The notes: generated by a model not told the origin, from the sequence alone. 64,000 nt of DNA from an uncultured Clostridia bacterium (GCA_934754355.1 CAKVID010000002.1:36404-100403); one strand, 5' to 3'. Shown: positions 31,225 through 42,218, counted from the stretch's first letter. Translations and numbers: made by a program.

Positions 31225-31229
31225 TTTAA

Positions 31230-31430
31230 TTATTTTTTCATATCTTCTTCTAATTTCTTAACCATTAGTTCAATATCTGCTTCATGAACAGCACCAGCTT
31301 CTTCCAATGTTTCCATTTGGCTCATTGGGCAATGAACACAATGCATTCCAAATCCTTGCAAAATAGTCTCTGCATTAGGACATAATTTCAATACTTCACC
31401 AATAGTTGTATTCTTAGTTATTTTGCTCAT
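31230..31430 (-). CDS. DUF1858-domain small protein (ScdA N-terminal-like, redox/Fe-S-associated)
   Basis: 66 aa: MSKITKNTTIGEVLKLCPNAETILQGFGMHCVHCPMSQMETLEEAGAVHEADIELMVKKLEE, which fits the DUF1858 pattern (CxxCP). Confidence 0.65.
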   Translation of the reverse strand: MSKITKNTTIGEVLKLCPNAETILQGFGMHCVHCPMSQMETLEEAGAVHEADIELMVKKLEEDMKK

Positions 31431-31540
31431 ATTATCTCCTTCTCAAAAAAACTGCAATAGCAGTAAATCATTAAAGTTTAAGTAAGCACACAAACTTCAA
31501 TGTACATTTAGTATATCATACTTAATGCAAATTAGTCAAT

Positions 31541-32461
31541 TCAATCCAACTTATTCCCGCAATTATTACAAGACTTATTCATATTTGAATTTCTGAAACC
31601 ACATCTATTACATACTCTAAAACCGCCCAGATTTGCACTATTTTTAACATTTTGCATAGCATCTACACTTACATAAGATTTTCCACTATTATTTTGAGTT
31701 AATTCATTTCTATTATAAACTACACTTGGTTTAATAATAGTTTTATGAGAAACCATATATTCGTTAATTTTCTTTTGATATTTCTTTGGAAAGTCTATTG
31801 CTTTCAATTTAATATTTTTAACAAATATACCAATATTATCAAAACTATCTTCAAGTTCTGCATTAATCATTGATGCAACATAATCATTATTATGGATAAT
31901 ATTTTCAATAGGAATTTTGTTTTTTTCAATTTTTTTATTTATCTTATTTCCTATCCACAATCCAATATCATCATTTACATCTTCAGTTTTTTCTTTGCCC
32001 GTCTCGGCTATTAAGCATTTAATTAATACTGCAGGGTCTAGAACTCTTACAACACAACTTCCCTTCATATATCCCCTAATTCTACCCAATTCTCTTGATT
32101 TTAAGAAGAATGGTTCGTCCGAACTGAAGTCAAAGTCTTTGAAATCTTTAGAACTCAAGAAGTACAAATCAACCCTAATTTTTTTGATATTTTTGCCTTT
32201 CTTATTTAATTTTTCTATTTTTGCCCTACTATATGTCTCTGGAATTATTTGTTCATTAATTTTGTATTTACCCGGCAAAATCACATCACAAACTCTAGAT
32301 TTGAACACAACAACACAAGTCGTTCCATCTCTAACTACAATGTTTTTATTCAAATACAAATATTTTTTCTTTTTTAAATAAAAAACTATGTGATTATTCA
32401 TATCTTCATCACATTCAATATTTTTATTAAATAATTCTTTTAATTTAGAGAAAAATCCCAT
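31541..32461 (-). CDS. SPFH/YdjI-like protein with C-terminal zinc ribbon
   Basis: N-terminus MGFFSKLKELF typical of COG4260 SPFH proteins. C-terminus CNRCGFRNSNMNKSCNNCGNKL (CxxC-x11-CxxC). Central region is weakly conserved. Confidence 0.5.
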   Translation of the reverse strand: MGFFSKLKELFNKNIECDEDMNNHIVFYLKKKKYLYLNKNIVVRDGTTCVVVFKSRVCDVILPGKYKINEQIIPETYSRAKIEKLNKKGKNIKKIRVDLYFLSSKDFKDFDFSSDEPFFLKSRELGRIRGYMKGSCVVRVLDPAVLIKCLIAETGKEKTEDVNDDIGLWIGNKINKKIEKNKIPIENIIHNNDYVASMINAELEDSFDNIGIFVKNIKLKAIDFPKKYQKKINEYMVSHKTIIKPSVVYNRNELTQNNSGKSYVSVDAMQNVKNSANLGGFRVCNRCGFRNSNMNKSCNNCGNKLD

Positions 32462-32600
32462 AATTAACCACCAATGATTGAAAATATTGTAACATAGAAA
32501 TTAATTAAATACAAATATCTGTCCATTAAAATTAACAAAAAGTAATAATATAGCGTCAAATTTAATATAATTTTAATAACTAATAAAATGGAGATTAAAA

Positions 32601-33326
32601 ATGAATAAAATATCCGATATCATATCCACTCCTGTAATATCCCTCTTTGAAGGCGAATATTTAGGAATTATTTATAACATCATGTTTGATTATAAACAAA
32701 AAAAATGCAATTATGCTTGCATACTTGACGAAAACGATAATATCCCCCACTTAATTAAATTTAGAGATATATATAAATTAGGAACTTCTTGTATTTACAT
32801 AAAAAACAAAACTGTACTTGACTTACAATCAAATTGCGAAAAAGAGATGGAAGAAAACTTAAATCCACTGAATTTAAAAGTATTTGATTTGGACTGTAAT
32901 TACCTTGGGACAAGCCATGATATTATTATTGATGATAATTATAGAATTTACCAAATACTACTAAATAATGGAAAAACTATAAATTGTGATGAAATCTACA
33001 ATATTGGCAAATCTACAATTATAGTTGGCAAAGATAATATATCTATCCAAAAATTAAAACCCGCAAGTAAGAAATTAAAAATAGAGCAAACTGAAAAGAA
33101 AGTTATTATCTTATCTGACTTTCTAAAGAAAGAAACTCCCGAGCCTCAAAATAACAAAATTATTACTGATTTCAGATTTCTAATTGGCAGAATTCTTAGT
33201 CAAGATGTTGTTGCTGTTAATGGCGAATTAATAGCCAAAAAAGACGCCATCGTCACAAAAGAAATTGTTAACAAAGCATCTTACTTTGGCAAATTAGTCG
33301 AAATAGCAAGGTATAGCAAATCTTGA
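32601..33326 (+). CDS. Hypothetical protein with tandem PRC-barrel-like repeats
   Basis: Two repeats fit a YlmC/YmxH-style PRC-barrel pattern (ISDIISTPVISLFEGEYLGIIYNIMFD...; LNLKVFDLDCNYLGTSHDIIIDD...). Weak call. Confidence 0.35.
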   Translation: MNKISDIISTPVISLFEGEYLGIIYNIMFDYKQKKCNYACILDENDNIPHLIKFRDIYKLGTSCIYIKNKTVLDLQSNCEKEMEENLNPLNLKVFDLDCNYLGTSHDIIIDDNYRIYQILLNNGKTINCDEIYNIGKSTIIVGKDNISIQKLKPASKKLKIEQTEKKVIILSDFLKKETPEPQNNKIITDFRFLIGRILSQDVVAVNGELIAKKDAIVTKEIVNKASYFGKLVEIARYSKS

Positions 33327-33350
33327 AAAATTACATACTATGCAATAACA

Positions 33351-33380
33351 AAAAAATCCCATCAATATGGGATTTTTTAT
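33351..33380. terminator. Bidirectional terminator between convergent genes
   Basis: AATCCCAT-CAAT-ATGGGATT hairpin flanked by an A7 and a T-run. Confidence 0.5.
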
Positions 33381-35462
33381 TTATTTTTTCAATTTCTTAG
33401 CACTATCTAGAAGACCTTGCAAATTTGTTCCTTTCTTGGCTGGTTTTCCTTCTTTGCTATCTGTTTTTTCTGCATCTTCAGTCTTAGTTTCTTCTGCTTT
33501 AACTTCTTCTTTATTGTCTTCTTTTTTGTCAGATTTATCGTTTTTGTCTTCTTCTACTGCTTTGATAGTGTCATCTATAGAATTTGCTAAATCTTTCTGA
33601 TTATCAATCAATTCTTTATTTGTCTTCTCTATATCATTTTGGATATTAGCAAAAGCAGCAAATGGATTTGAGTATTGTTCAGATTTTGCTTTTTCTCTTT
33701 TATTGATTTCTTCTATATCTTTGCTATATTCAGAATTAGCCTTGTTAACTTCTCTTAATTTAGAAAGTAGTTCATTCTCCTCTTTCTTCATTTGTTCATC
33801 TCTATTGTCAGCAGTAATCATATCTACAATAGGATTTTTCTTAGTCTCAGGCTTAGCCTCAACTACTTCTTCCTCTTCATCATCATAGTCTTCAAATTTT
33901 CTTCTCTTCTTCTTGTCTGCTACTCTTTGTCTGAATTCTGGAGTATTGAAGTAATCTCTTACATTATTAATTGCTTCTATTTCAGCAAGTCTAACCTTGA
34001 TGTCTTGTTCAAGTTTCAAAATGTATTCTTGTTTTGCTTTGATATCAGCATCTTGGTCGGCTACAAGCAATGTCATTTTATCAATTTCTTCTTGTAAAAT
34101 CTTAGCTTTCTCTTCTTTCTCTTTCAAGATTGGTTCTTGTTGTGCTTGTAGTTCTTTATTAATTTGACCCCAAACTTTATTAGCATAAGTTCTACATTCA
34201 CTCATCATATTTTCTTCAACTTGAGATTTCTTCTCTTTAATTTCAGCACTTAATGCTGCAATTTCTTGGTCCATATCTGCTTGTTGTTTCTCAAAGTTTA
34301 CTTTGGAGTATTCGTAGTCTTTCTCTAATTGTTGTTGTTTTTGTTGTTCTTCGTTATATTTCTTTTTAAGGTAGTTAGCCTCAATTTTAACTGATGTTGC
34401 ATTTAATTGTTCAGTAAGAGAAGCCATATTCTCTCTAACTGCTTGAGATTTTCTTTCGTAATCTTTGGTTACTTCATCAAATGCTTTCTGGAAGTTAAAC
34501 ATTTCTTGCTCTTTAGAGTTAATTCTCTCTGTAATGCCACGCTTGAAATTGAAGTATTTCTCGCCCTCCAACATTGCTCTATCTAGAAGCAAAGCACTCT
34601 CTACTCCAACTGGTTCAAAGTTAAAGTCTTCAAAGTGATTAGCATTCATTTCTGCTTCTTCGGCTTCTTTCTGTTCTTGCAAAGCACGCTTCTCTAGATA
34701 CTCTTCAAGAACTGGGATCGCCTCCCTAATTTCTTTTGGAGTAAATAATACTTCGTAATCAACAAATGATGGCATTGTAGAACAAGCCTTATTTAGATAT
34801 CTTTCAAATTCATGGAATTCATAGTACAAATCTGCATATCTACTAGACTCCAATAATTTAAGTACAGTTGTAATAAATACACCAACAAAGGTATAAAGCA
34901 ATGGGAATAATAGTATCTCAAAGAAACCTTTGAAAGTCTCGATAGTTCCATCAACACCCATTATAGGCGCACCATATACACATGCCAAATTGAATACAAG
35001 TGTAAGTGCAGATATCATAATTGTTATAAACAAAACTGTATTAGCAATATTCTTGTATGCACTACTTCTAGTTGGTTGGTCTATACAAGAAACTGAATTG
35101 ATATATTCAGAAGGTTGTCTATCCCTATTTAGCATATACTCTTGCCAAGAATATCTAAGTGTCTTTGGCACATTCTTAAATCTATTATTAACCTCTACAA
35201 GATTGTCTTCATTAATAAATGGATTTTTCTTAAAATATCTATTAAATCCAGAAACACTACGAAGAAGTCTTGACTCGTATGTTCTAGAAATTAATACACA
35301 ACAGATAACTATTCCTAGTAAGAAAACGGCAAGCGATATAAAGAAAACATACTGCAAACTAGCAGTCTCACTACCGCCACCTGCAAATCCACCAATAGTA
35401 CTAAAAACATTTAGAATACTATCTACCAAGTTACCTGCCAACAATTGACCTGCGTTCAACAT
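33381..35462 (-). CDS. Polytopic membrane protein with long cytoplasmic coiled-coil and K/E-rich acidic tail
   Basis: 693 aa. Three to four N-terminal TM helices (VFFISLAVFLLGIVICCVLI; VLFITIMISALTLVFNLACVYG; FFEILLFPLLYTFVGVFITTVL). About 350 aa of heptad-like E/K/Q-rich sequence. Ends in the tail EEDKNDKSDKKEDNKEEVKAEETKTEDAEK. Confidence 0.6.
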   Translation of the reverse strand: MLNAGQLLAGNLVDSILNVFSTIGGFAGGGSETASLQYVFFISLAVFLLGIVICCVLISRTYESRLLRSVSGFNRYFKKNPFINEDNLVEVNNRFKNVPKTLRYSWQEYMLNRDRQPSEYINSVSCIDQPTRSSAYKNIANTVLFITIMISALTLVFNLACVYGAPIMGVDGTIETFKGFFEILLFPLLYTFVGVFITTVLKLLESSRYADLYYEFHEFERYLNKACSTMPSFVDYEVLFTPKEIREAIPVLEEYLEKRALQEQKEAEEAEMNANHFEDFNFEPVGVESALLLDRAMLEGEKYFNFKRGITERINSKEQEMFNFQKAFDEVTKDYERKSQAVRENMASLTEQLNATSVKIEANYLKKKYNEEQQKQQQLEKDYEYSKVNFEKQQADMDQEIAALSAEIKEKKSQVEENMMSECRTYANKVWGQINKELQAQQEPILKEKEEKAKILQEEIDKMTLLVADQDADIKAKQEYILKLEQDIKVRLAEIEAINNVRDYFNTPEFRQRVADKKKRRKFEDYDDEEEEVVEAKPETKKNPIVDMITADNRDEQMKKEENELLSKLREVNKANSEYSKDIEEINKREKAKSEQYSNPFAAFANIQNDIEKTNKELIDNQKDLANSIDDTIKAVEEDKNDKSDKKEDNKEEVKAEETKTEDAEKTDSKEGKPAKKGTNLQGLLDSAKKLKK

Positions 35463-35557
35463 AAAATTCTCCTAATTTCATTTTTCTATATACATAGAGT
35501 ATTATATCATACGGATAAATAATTAACTAATAATTTGAGGCAAATTTTAAAAATTTT

Positions 35558-38500
35558 TTAATTTACTTCAATTAGTTTTCCCAAGCAAAAAGAATACAAA
35601 AATTTCTTTTTTATGGCTACATTTGTGGCATTATAAAATGCATCACTATATATTTGCAATTGTAGTGCATAATTACTCTTTAAAAATTCTTCATTATTCG
35701 TTCTATTAGTCTTGTAATCTATTAGATAAGAAATGCCATCTTTTATTACAACCAAATCTATAATACCTTGAATTATAACCTTAGTATTATTATCGCTATT
35801 TTTTACAATTTTATTATAATTTTCTTGCATTACAAATTGCTTTTCTCTATAAACTTGGTCGGCATTTAAAATATAGTCTTGCAGAACTTCTTTTGCTTTA
35901 TAAATTTCTTCAATACTAATTTTGTCTGCATACTCTCTAGTAATGATATTCTTAATAACTAAATTATCAATTAATTCTTTGATTTCGGCTTTATTCTCTG
36001 TAAATTTAAGATTTTGCATAACACTATGATATGCAGTGCCTAATTTCAATGCATCTGTATTTTCCAATTTGTCAGAACTATCTAATTTATTTGGATAATA
36101 ATTGATATTTTCGTAATCTCTCTCTTCGTTTAGAATATTTGTAACAGTATTTTTGATAGTAAATGTATTAGTATTCACTTTCTTATTTACAATTTTTCCA
36201 AAAGTCTCAAGTAAATTTGTATCACACTTCCCTATCATGATATTACTTTCATCTCGTTCACTCTTAGTTACAATGTCCTCTAATTTGTAAAAATTAACAT
36301 TACAACAAGCGTCTGTATTATCATACATTACAAATTTTTTGTTATTTATAAAATTACTATTATATTCGTCTGGAATAGATTTAAAAATTAAGTCTAAATA
36401 ATTCTTTGAATTATAAATATCTTTTACTTTAGTTTTCTCATAATCATCAAGATTATATCTGCCTATCAAGATTAATTTCTCTTTTGGTCTGGTCATTGCC
36501 ACATAAAGAAGTCTGATTTCTTCATTAAGTTCAGATTTCTTATTATCTATTTTACAGGCATTTCTGATAATTGTTTCACTTAAAGTTCTATCTACAGGAT
36601 TAATACTTTTTAGTCCAAATCCCATATTTTCATTAATGATAATATCATTAGTGTCTTTATTAATTGTAAATTTTTTGCCCAAACCTGCAAATATAACAGC
36701 AGGAAACTCTAGACCTTTGGAATAATGTATAGTCATTATTTGTACAGAATTGCCTGTACTTCCAATACTTTGCAATTGAGTATCTGATGATGCAAAATCT
36801 AAATATTCTACGAATTTATGTAAATTGTATTTATAATTTTCATTGTCTGATAGTTTAAGAAATTCATTAACATTCTGAACTTTCTCTACTCCCCCATTCA
36901 TACTCTTAAGTCTGGTAAGAATATCAAACTTCTGAATAACCATTTGTAAATACTCATAAGTTGTATGATAGGATATGAATTGTCTAATTTCTAATATAAA
37001 GTTATTAAACTTAGATAATTTATTTGCTATAGCATCATTCTCATCATAATTCTTGACACAATCAAAGAAATTCTTATCTGTGCTTGATTTTCTAATTGTA
37101 AATAATTCTTCATCGCTTACATCAAATAAATTTTTGAGAACAATACTTAATGCAATATCATTTTTGAAATTAGCACCAATTTGCGAGATTGCCATCATTA
37201 AGTTTATCTCATATGTCTCAAAAAACTCACTAGAAATGGTTGCATTAATAGGAATTTGCATAGTAGTAAGAGTATCACATAATACTTTTAAGAAACTCCC
37301 CCTTTTCCTTAATATTATAGCAATATCTTTGTATGAATAATATTCACCATTTTCTTTTTTCATAGATAGTAAATTTGCTATACTATCCGCTACTAATAAT
37401 GCTTCTTTTTCTTCGGCATCAATTTCTTCTTTGCTTTCGTCTTCACTTTCTTCTTGCTTAGAATTTATTATCTTCATTTCTACATTACAATCAACAAAAT
37501 TTCTCTCTGATTGAAATCTAGAATTGTCTTTGTAATTAATTCCAATAGTTTTGTCTGTAATAAGTTTATCAAATACTAAATTATCAAACTCAAGAATATT
37601 TTTATCACTTCTATAATTTTTATTGAAATTAATAACTTTATTTTTGACGCCATCTTGATTGAATTTATAGAATTTACTTACAAATATCTTTGGAGATGAT
37701 TGTCTGAAAGCATAAATACTCTGCTTGACATCTCCTATCATATAATAATTATCTCTTGAGACCAATTTTGATAGTATTAATTCTTGCTTTTCATTTATAT
37801 CTTGATATTCATCAAAAAATACAAATTGATAATTGCTTTTAAGAATTTTGACCACTTTATCATACTCAAGTAATTCTAGCATTTTATCTTCTAGGTCGTT
37901 AAAGTCTAGACAATTTCTGTTCTTTTTTAGTCTAGTATATTCATTAAGTACATCTTCGATAATCGCTACAATTTTAGTTACATTTTCTTTGCTTTTTAAT
38001 ATATGATTTTTTGTCTCTTCTTCGTTGCCTGTAATTATATAACTCTTAATAATTTTGATTGTTTCATTAATTCTTTGATTTAGATTATCTACTTGTTCAT
38101 CAAATTCTAATTCTAAGGTATCACTTTTTGATGACTTTCTAGGTTTAATTATAGTTGGCAAATTAAATATAATTTTCTGCATTTGGATAAAATTATGGCT
38201 ACTAATAATTTCATCTAAGCATTGCTTCTTGTCGTACAAAAAATTTGTGTATTTTACATAGTCATTTGCCTTAGATAATTCTATCAAAGAATTAATCGGG
38301 TCGATAAATTCTTTCAAATTATTCACTGTGTAATCATGCAAAAATTTACAACACCCATTTTCATTCAAATTACTATTAAATGAGGAATTTATAGTATTTT
38401 CTATCCATTGCTTATAATTACTCTTATTCCTAAGATAATCCAGTAAAGATAGTATTATTTTTTTTAGATTTAAATCATTTCTTTTGGAATTATAGCAATC

Positions 38501-38977
38501 ATACAAATCAAAGAAACCTTGGTCATTGGCTTTAATGTATTTCTCAAAAATACTGCACATTGCAATATCTATTAGATACTTACTCTCCCTATCTGTAAGC
38601 ATTCCAAAATCAGGACTTTCATTTATTTCGTAAAAATACTTAATTATTAATTTTTTACATACTGAGTGAAGAGTGCCTATTTCGGCAGAATTTATACTAT
38701 CTAACTGACTTTTTAGAAATGCTCTATTCTCTGCGTCAGCACTTTCGATTTTCTCGGTAATTGCCGAAAATAATTTCTGTTTTATTTCTGAAGCAGCAGC
38801 ATCGGTAAAAGTAAGTACCAATAATTTCTGTATAGATACTTTGTCATCTATTAATATTTGCATTAATTTTTGTATCATTGTTGAAGTTTTTCCAGAACCT
38901 GCAGACGCAGAGACCAAGACATTACACTTCTTACTTTGCAAAAATTCTAATTGTTCTTCATTAGGGTTAAATGCCAA
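35558..38977 (-). CDS. addA: ATP-dependent helicase/nuclease subunit A (AddA/RexA)
   Basis: UvrD-like helicase: Walker A VSASAGSGKTSTM, motif FDEYQD. C-terminal RecB-family nuclease motif GIIDLVVIKDG...LIDYKT. Confidence 0.9.
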   Translation of the reverse strand: MAFNPNEEQLEFLQSKKCNVLVSASAGSGKTSTMIQKLMQILIDDKVSIQKLLVLTFTDAAASEIKQKLFSAITEKIESADAENRAFLKSQLDSINSAEIGTLHSVCKKLIIKYFYEINESPDFGMLTDRESKYLIDIAMCSIFEKYIKANDQGFFDLYDCYNSKRNDLNLKKIILSLLDYLRNKSNYKQWIENTINSSFNSNLNENGCCKFLHDYTVNNLKEFIDPINSLIELSKANDYVKYTNFLYDKKQCLDEIISSHNFIQMQKIIFNLPTIIKPRKSSKSDTLELEFDEQVDNLNQRINETIKIIKSYIITGNEEETKNHILKSKENVTKIVAIIEDVLNEYTRLKKNRNCLDFNDLEDKMLELLEYDKVVKILKSNYQFVFFDEYQDINEKQELILSKLVSRDNYYMIGDVKQSIYAFRQSSPKIFVSKFYKFNQDGVKNKVINFNKNYRSDKNILEFDNLVFDKLITDKTIGINYKDNSRFQSERNFVDCNVEMKIINSKQEESEDESKEEIDAEEKEALLVADSIANLLSMKKENGEYYSYKDIAIILRKRGSFLKVLCDTLTTMQIPINATISSEFFETYEINLMMAISQIGANFKNDIALSIVLKNLFDVSDEELFTIRKSSTDKNFFDCVKNYDENDAIANKLSKFNNFILEIRQFISYHTTYEYLQMVIQKFDILTRLKSMNGGVEKVQNVNEFLKLSDNENYKYNLHKFVEYLDFASSDTQLQSIGSTGNSVQIMTIHYSKGLEFPAVIFAGLGKKFTINKDTNDIIINENMGFGLKSINPVDRTLSETIIRNACKIDNKKSELNEEIRLLYVAMTRPKEKLILIGRYNLDDYEKTKVKDIYNSKNYLDLIFKSIPDEYNSNFINNKKFVMYDNTDACCNVNFYKLEDIVTKSERDESNIMIGKCDTNLLETFGKIVNKKVNTNTFTIKNTVTNILNEERDYENINYYPNKLDSSDKLENTDALKLGTAYHSVMQNLKFTENKAEIKELIDNLVIKNIITREYADKISIEEIYKAKEVLQDYILNADQVYREKQFVMQENYNKIVKNSDNNTKVIIQGIIDLVVIKDGISYLIDYKTNRTNNEEFLKSNYALQLQIYSDAFYNATNVAIKKKFLYSFCLGKLIEVN

Positions 38978-38981
38978 GATA

Positions 38982-41900
38982 TTATCTCCTTTCTTTTAAT
39001 TCATCAATTGTTAAAATACTTTTCACACACCTATCGTTATTATTGTTGTAATTACACAATCCTAAATACTCACAATAATCACAAACATTTTTATTATTAG
39101 TTTTTAGAGGGTGCGGTGTTATGTCGCCATCTAATATATTTTTGATAGCAATATTCACTTGATTAATAGCATAATCTAGTAGATAATTTATATCCTCTGC
39201 ATCTATACACATTCTACTAAAAAATGTACTATTCTTCGGAAATTCTCCACTTTGCGTAGTATGTAGATTGATAACATTACTATAGTATCCACTTTGTGTC
39301 AATCCATTATCCATTGCATATATGTTATTTATATCTTTATCTAGCACACCTATCAATTTGTATTTCTTACTTTCTTTGCTATAAGCATTAGATATTGGCA
39401 AATAGAATACCCCTTTTGGATTTAACTTATACTTATCTGCAAAACATTTAGCATACACTAGTAATTGTAATTTTTTGCCACTATACACATCTGTATAATC
39501 ACTAAAATTACTATCGCCAGTCTTATAGTCGATTATAATAAAATCATTATTCCAAGTATCTACTCTATCTATTGTGCCTTTAATCTTTATTCCGTACTTA
39601 GTTGCTGTCTCACTTACAAAAGTATGCTCTAGATATTTAAGATTTGGTTTGTAACTACTTACTTCTACTTGCGATATAATGCCCAATATAATTCGCTGTA
39701 ATTCTTTCTTAAGCGCTAGTATAACATAGTTATTTATTGGATTACTGGATATATACTTATAGTTATCTGAAGATAGTATCTTATTTAATAATAATTCGCT
39801 CTTTGCGTAAATGTCTTCAATATTTGCTTTGCTTAAGATATCTGGCATAATACTTCTGAGTACACTGTGAATGATTGTTCCTATGTCATTTGGTTTCAAT
39901 TCACAAACATCTTCTTTGTCTATCTTCAGTCCATATCTTACAAAATGCTTATATGGGCAATTATAATAAGTCTCTATTTGGCTTACACTGGTTGTATTAT
40001 TTACAAATAGATTGCAGTCTTTTATTTTAATACTTTCATTTGTAATTAAGTTATTATCTATAAGTTTGTAAATATTTCTATCATTCAAATTTTGTACAAG
40101 CATTGAAAGTATCTGTCTATAATTAGGATAACTAGAATAAATTTTCCAGTTCTTAGTTAGTGTTAAAATATTATCTACAACTAACTCTCTAGACATATTA
40201 TTAAATGCTAGATTATCTACATCTATTTTATTTAGTGAGCGTGCTACAAAATCTAGTTGGTTAGAACCATTAATGATATCTAGATTGTAAATGCTAAGTA
40301 TGCTCTTAATAAGCGTATTTGGATATGCTTTCCCTTCCCCGCTAGACAAATAGAAACTAAGATAGGTGTGCAACTCTGCTTTCTGCATAGTTTCAAATAA
40401 TTTGAAAGTTTTACGAGAATTAATAAGATTGATTGTAGGATTAATTTGCTTAGCATTAGGAAATTTTGCAATTTCATCATCGGTTATCAATCCATTATCC
40501 ATCTTAAAACTTGGCAACTTCCCTTCATTACAACCAAGTATATATACATATTTGCATTTGCTTATGTAACTCTTATCAAAGTCAGCAATAAAGATAGTAT
40601 TGCTAGTAATTGGTGGCATACTTATATCACTTGCTTCAAAATAAGATTTGTATGTTTCTATAAATTCATCAAATTCTATCTTGTCTTTGCCAAAAACAGA
40701 AATATAATCTTTCTCAATATTTTCAAATTTAGTTTGTACTTGTAGAAATACTCTTTTCTCTAACGGAGACAAATTATCTACAAAACATGTACTTCTAGAT
40801 AATATGTAATTATAGATATCGTTTATAATTTTATAGAAATTAGTTACATTTTCTTTATTTTTTGATAAGTCTTTCCACTCTAATATTTTATTGCAAAAAA
40901 GTTGGATATCTTCACTATCTTCAATTTCAAAATTAAAACAAGCAAATCCCCTTTTGCCAGTCTTTTTTAGATAATTATCTAGATTACAAATAGTGTCTAT
41001 ATCAAAATTTAGAATTGAATTTTGAACAATGCTAACAAAGTCACTAGCCAAGAATTTGCCATCAAATAATTTGCAAATATCAAATATAAGTCTAATTAGA
41101 ATATAATCACATAATTTATCATTTTTATCAAAATAATATGGAATACTATACTTATTCAATTCTAACTCTAAATCATTCTTGTAGACCTGAAAACTTGGCA
41201 ATACTAATGCAAAATCTCCAAAGTCTATATCTTCATTTAATACTTTATTATAAATATGAGATACTGTAAATTTAATCTCATCAAGTCTATTTTCAAAAGA
41301 AGTAATGGATATATCATTCCTTTGATTATCGCTTTTGTTTGGAACATATGCAAGTAAGTTATTTATCAAACTATCATTATTTTCTATTCTATTAATTTTG
41401 AAATCAAGACCATTGGATTTGAATAAATCAATCAAATCATAATAGACTTTGTTGGTATAGATATTACTATTAGTATTATCTTTGCCATATGTTGTACAAA
41501 TGTAAGTATCATAATATCTAGCAATCTTTGCAATGATTAAATACATAAGTGCTGTAAAATCATCAAATTCAACAAAATAGAAATTACTATTTTCGAATGT
41601 ATTTTTATCTATCATATCTGCAAAAAGTCTTAGTTGATTGAAACTATCAGTAAAATCATTTTGCAAAAATTCTTCGTATTTAGTATAGATTAATTTAATG
41701 TCTTTCTGTTTCAAATTTGAATAATCACTGCTATCATTTACAAAAATTTCTTGAGGAGAAATATTGCAACTTTTGAATAAACAAATAGTTTCAAAAAGGC
41801 TACTTGCAAATCCCATAAAGTTAGTTGCTTTGCCAAATGTATGCAAATTATTTTTATTCTCTATTAGTAATTTTTTTACTAATGCCACACCCGATTGTTT

Positions 41901-42152
41901 TGTCAATATATTTTTATTAGTATTGCTAATTACTTTCTTTGCTAATTTTGAAAATGACATAACTGACAGGTCAAAAAAACAACTCTCATCTAATTCATCA
42001 AAGAGCCTACGTTCAATACTAAAAAGCGACCTATCTGGTGCTATTATGTAGTTATTTTTGGTTTTGTCTCTATTTCTTAGTATATTTATAATTTGCAAAT
42101 TATTATCTTCTGAGCATTTGCCAGCAATGATATTTATATTCATAATTTTCAC
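38982..42152 (-). CDS. addB: ATP-dependent helicase/nuclease subunit B (AddB/RexB)
   Basis: Co-oriented 4 nt upstream of addA. C-terminal nuclease/Fe-S domain: CPYKHFVRYGL, IIDYKTGD, and CDYCEYLGLC (4-Cys cluster). N-terminal Walker A is degenerate (IIAGKCSED). Confidence 0.85.
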   Translation of the reverse strand: MKIMNINIIAGKCSEDNNLQIINILRNRDKTKNNYIIAPDRSLFSIERRLFDELDESCFFDLSVMSFSKLAKKVISNTNKNILTKQSGVALVKKLLIENKNNLHTFGKATNFMGFASSLFETICLFKSCNISPQEIFVNDSSDYSNLKQKDIKLIYTKYEEFLQNDFTDSFNQLRLFADMIDKNTFENSNFYFVEFDDFTALMYLIIAKIARYYDTYICTTYGKDNTNSNIYTNKVYYDLIDLFKSNGLDFKINRIENNDSLINNLLAYVPNKSDNQRNDISITSFENRLDEIKFTVSHIYNKVLNEDIDFGDFALVLPSFQVYKNDLELELNKYSIPYYFDKNDKLCDYILIRLIFDICKLFDGKFLASDFVSIVQNSILNFDIDTICNLDNYLKKTGKRGFACFNFEIEDSEDIQLFCNKILEWKDLSKNKENVTNFYKIINDIYNYILSRSTCFVDNLSPLEKRVFLQVQTKFENIEKDYISVFGKDKIEFDEFIETYKSYFEASDISMPPITSNTIFIADFDKSYISKCKYVYILGCNEGKLPSFKMDNGLITDDEIAKFPNAKQINPTINLINSRKTFKLFETMQKAELHTYLSFYLSSGEGKAYPNTLIKSILSIYNLDIINGSNQLDFVARSLNKIDVDNLAFNNMSRELVVDNILTLTKNWKIYSSYPNYRQILSMLVQNLNDRNIYKLIDNNLITNESIKIKDCNLFVNNTTSVSQIETYYNCPYKHFVRYGLKIDKEDVCELKPNDIGTIIHSVLRSIMPDILSKANIEDIYAKSELLLNKILSSDNYKYISSNPINNYVILALKKELQRIILGIISQVEVSSYKPNLKYLEHTFVSETATKYGIKIKGTIDRVDTWNNDFIIIDYKTGDSNFSDYTDVYSGKKLQLLVYAKCFADKYKLNPKGVFYLPISNAYSKESKKYKLIGVLDKDINNIYAMDNGLTQSGYYSNVINLHTTQSGEFPKNSTFFSRMCIDAEDINYLLDYAINQVNIAIKNILDGDITPHPLKTNNKNVCDYCEYLGLCNYNNNNDRCVKSILTIDELKERR

Positions 42153-42218
42153 CTACTTTAATTATATCAAACAAAGCATACTTTTTCAACAAATTATGAC
42201 ATACAAACTTTTACTAAA

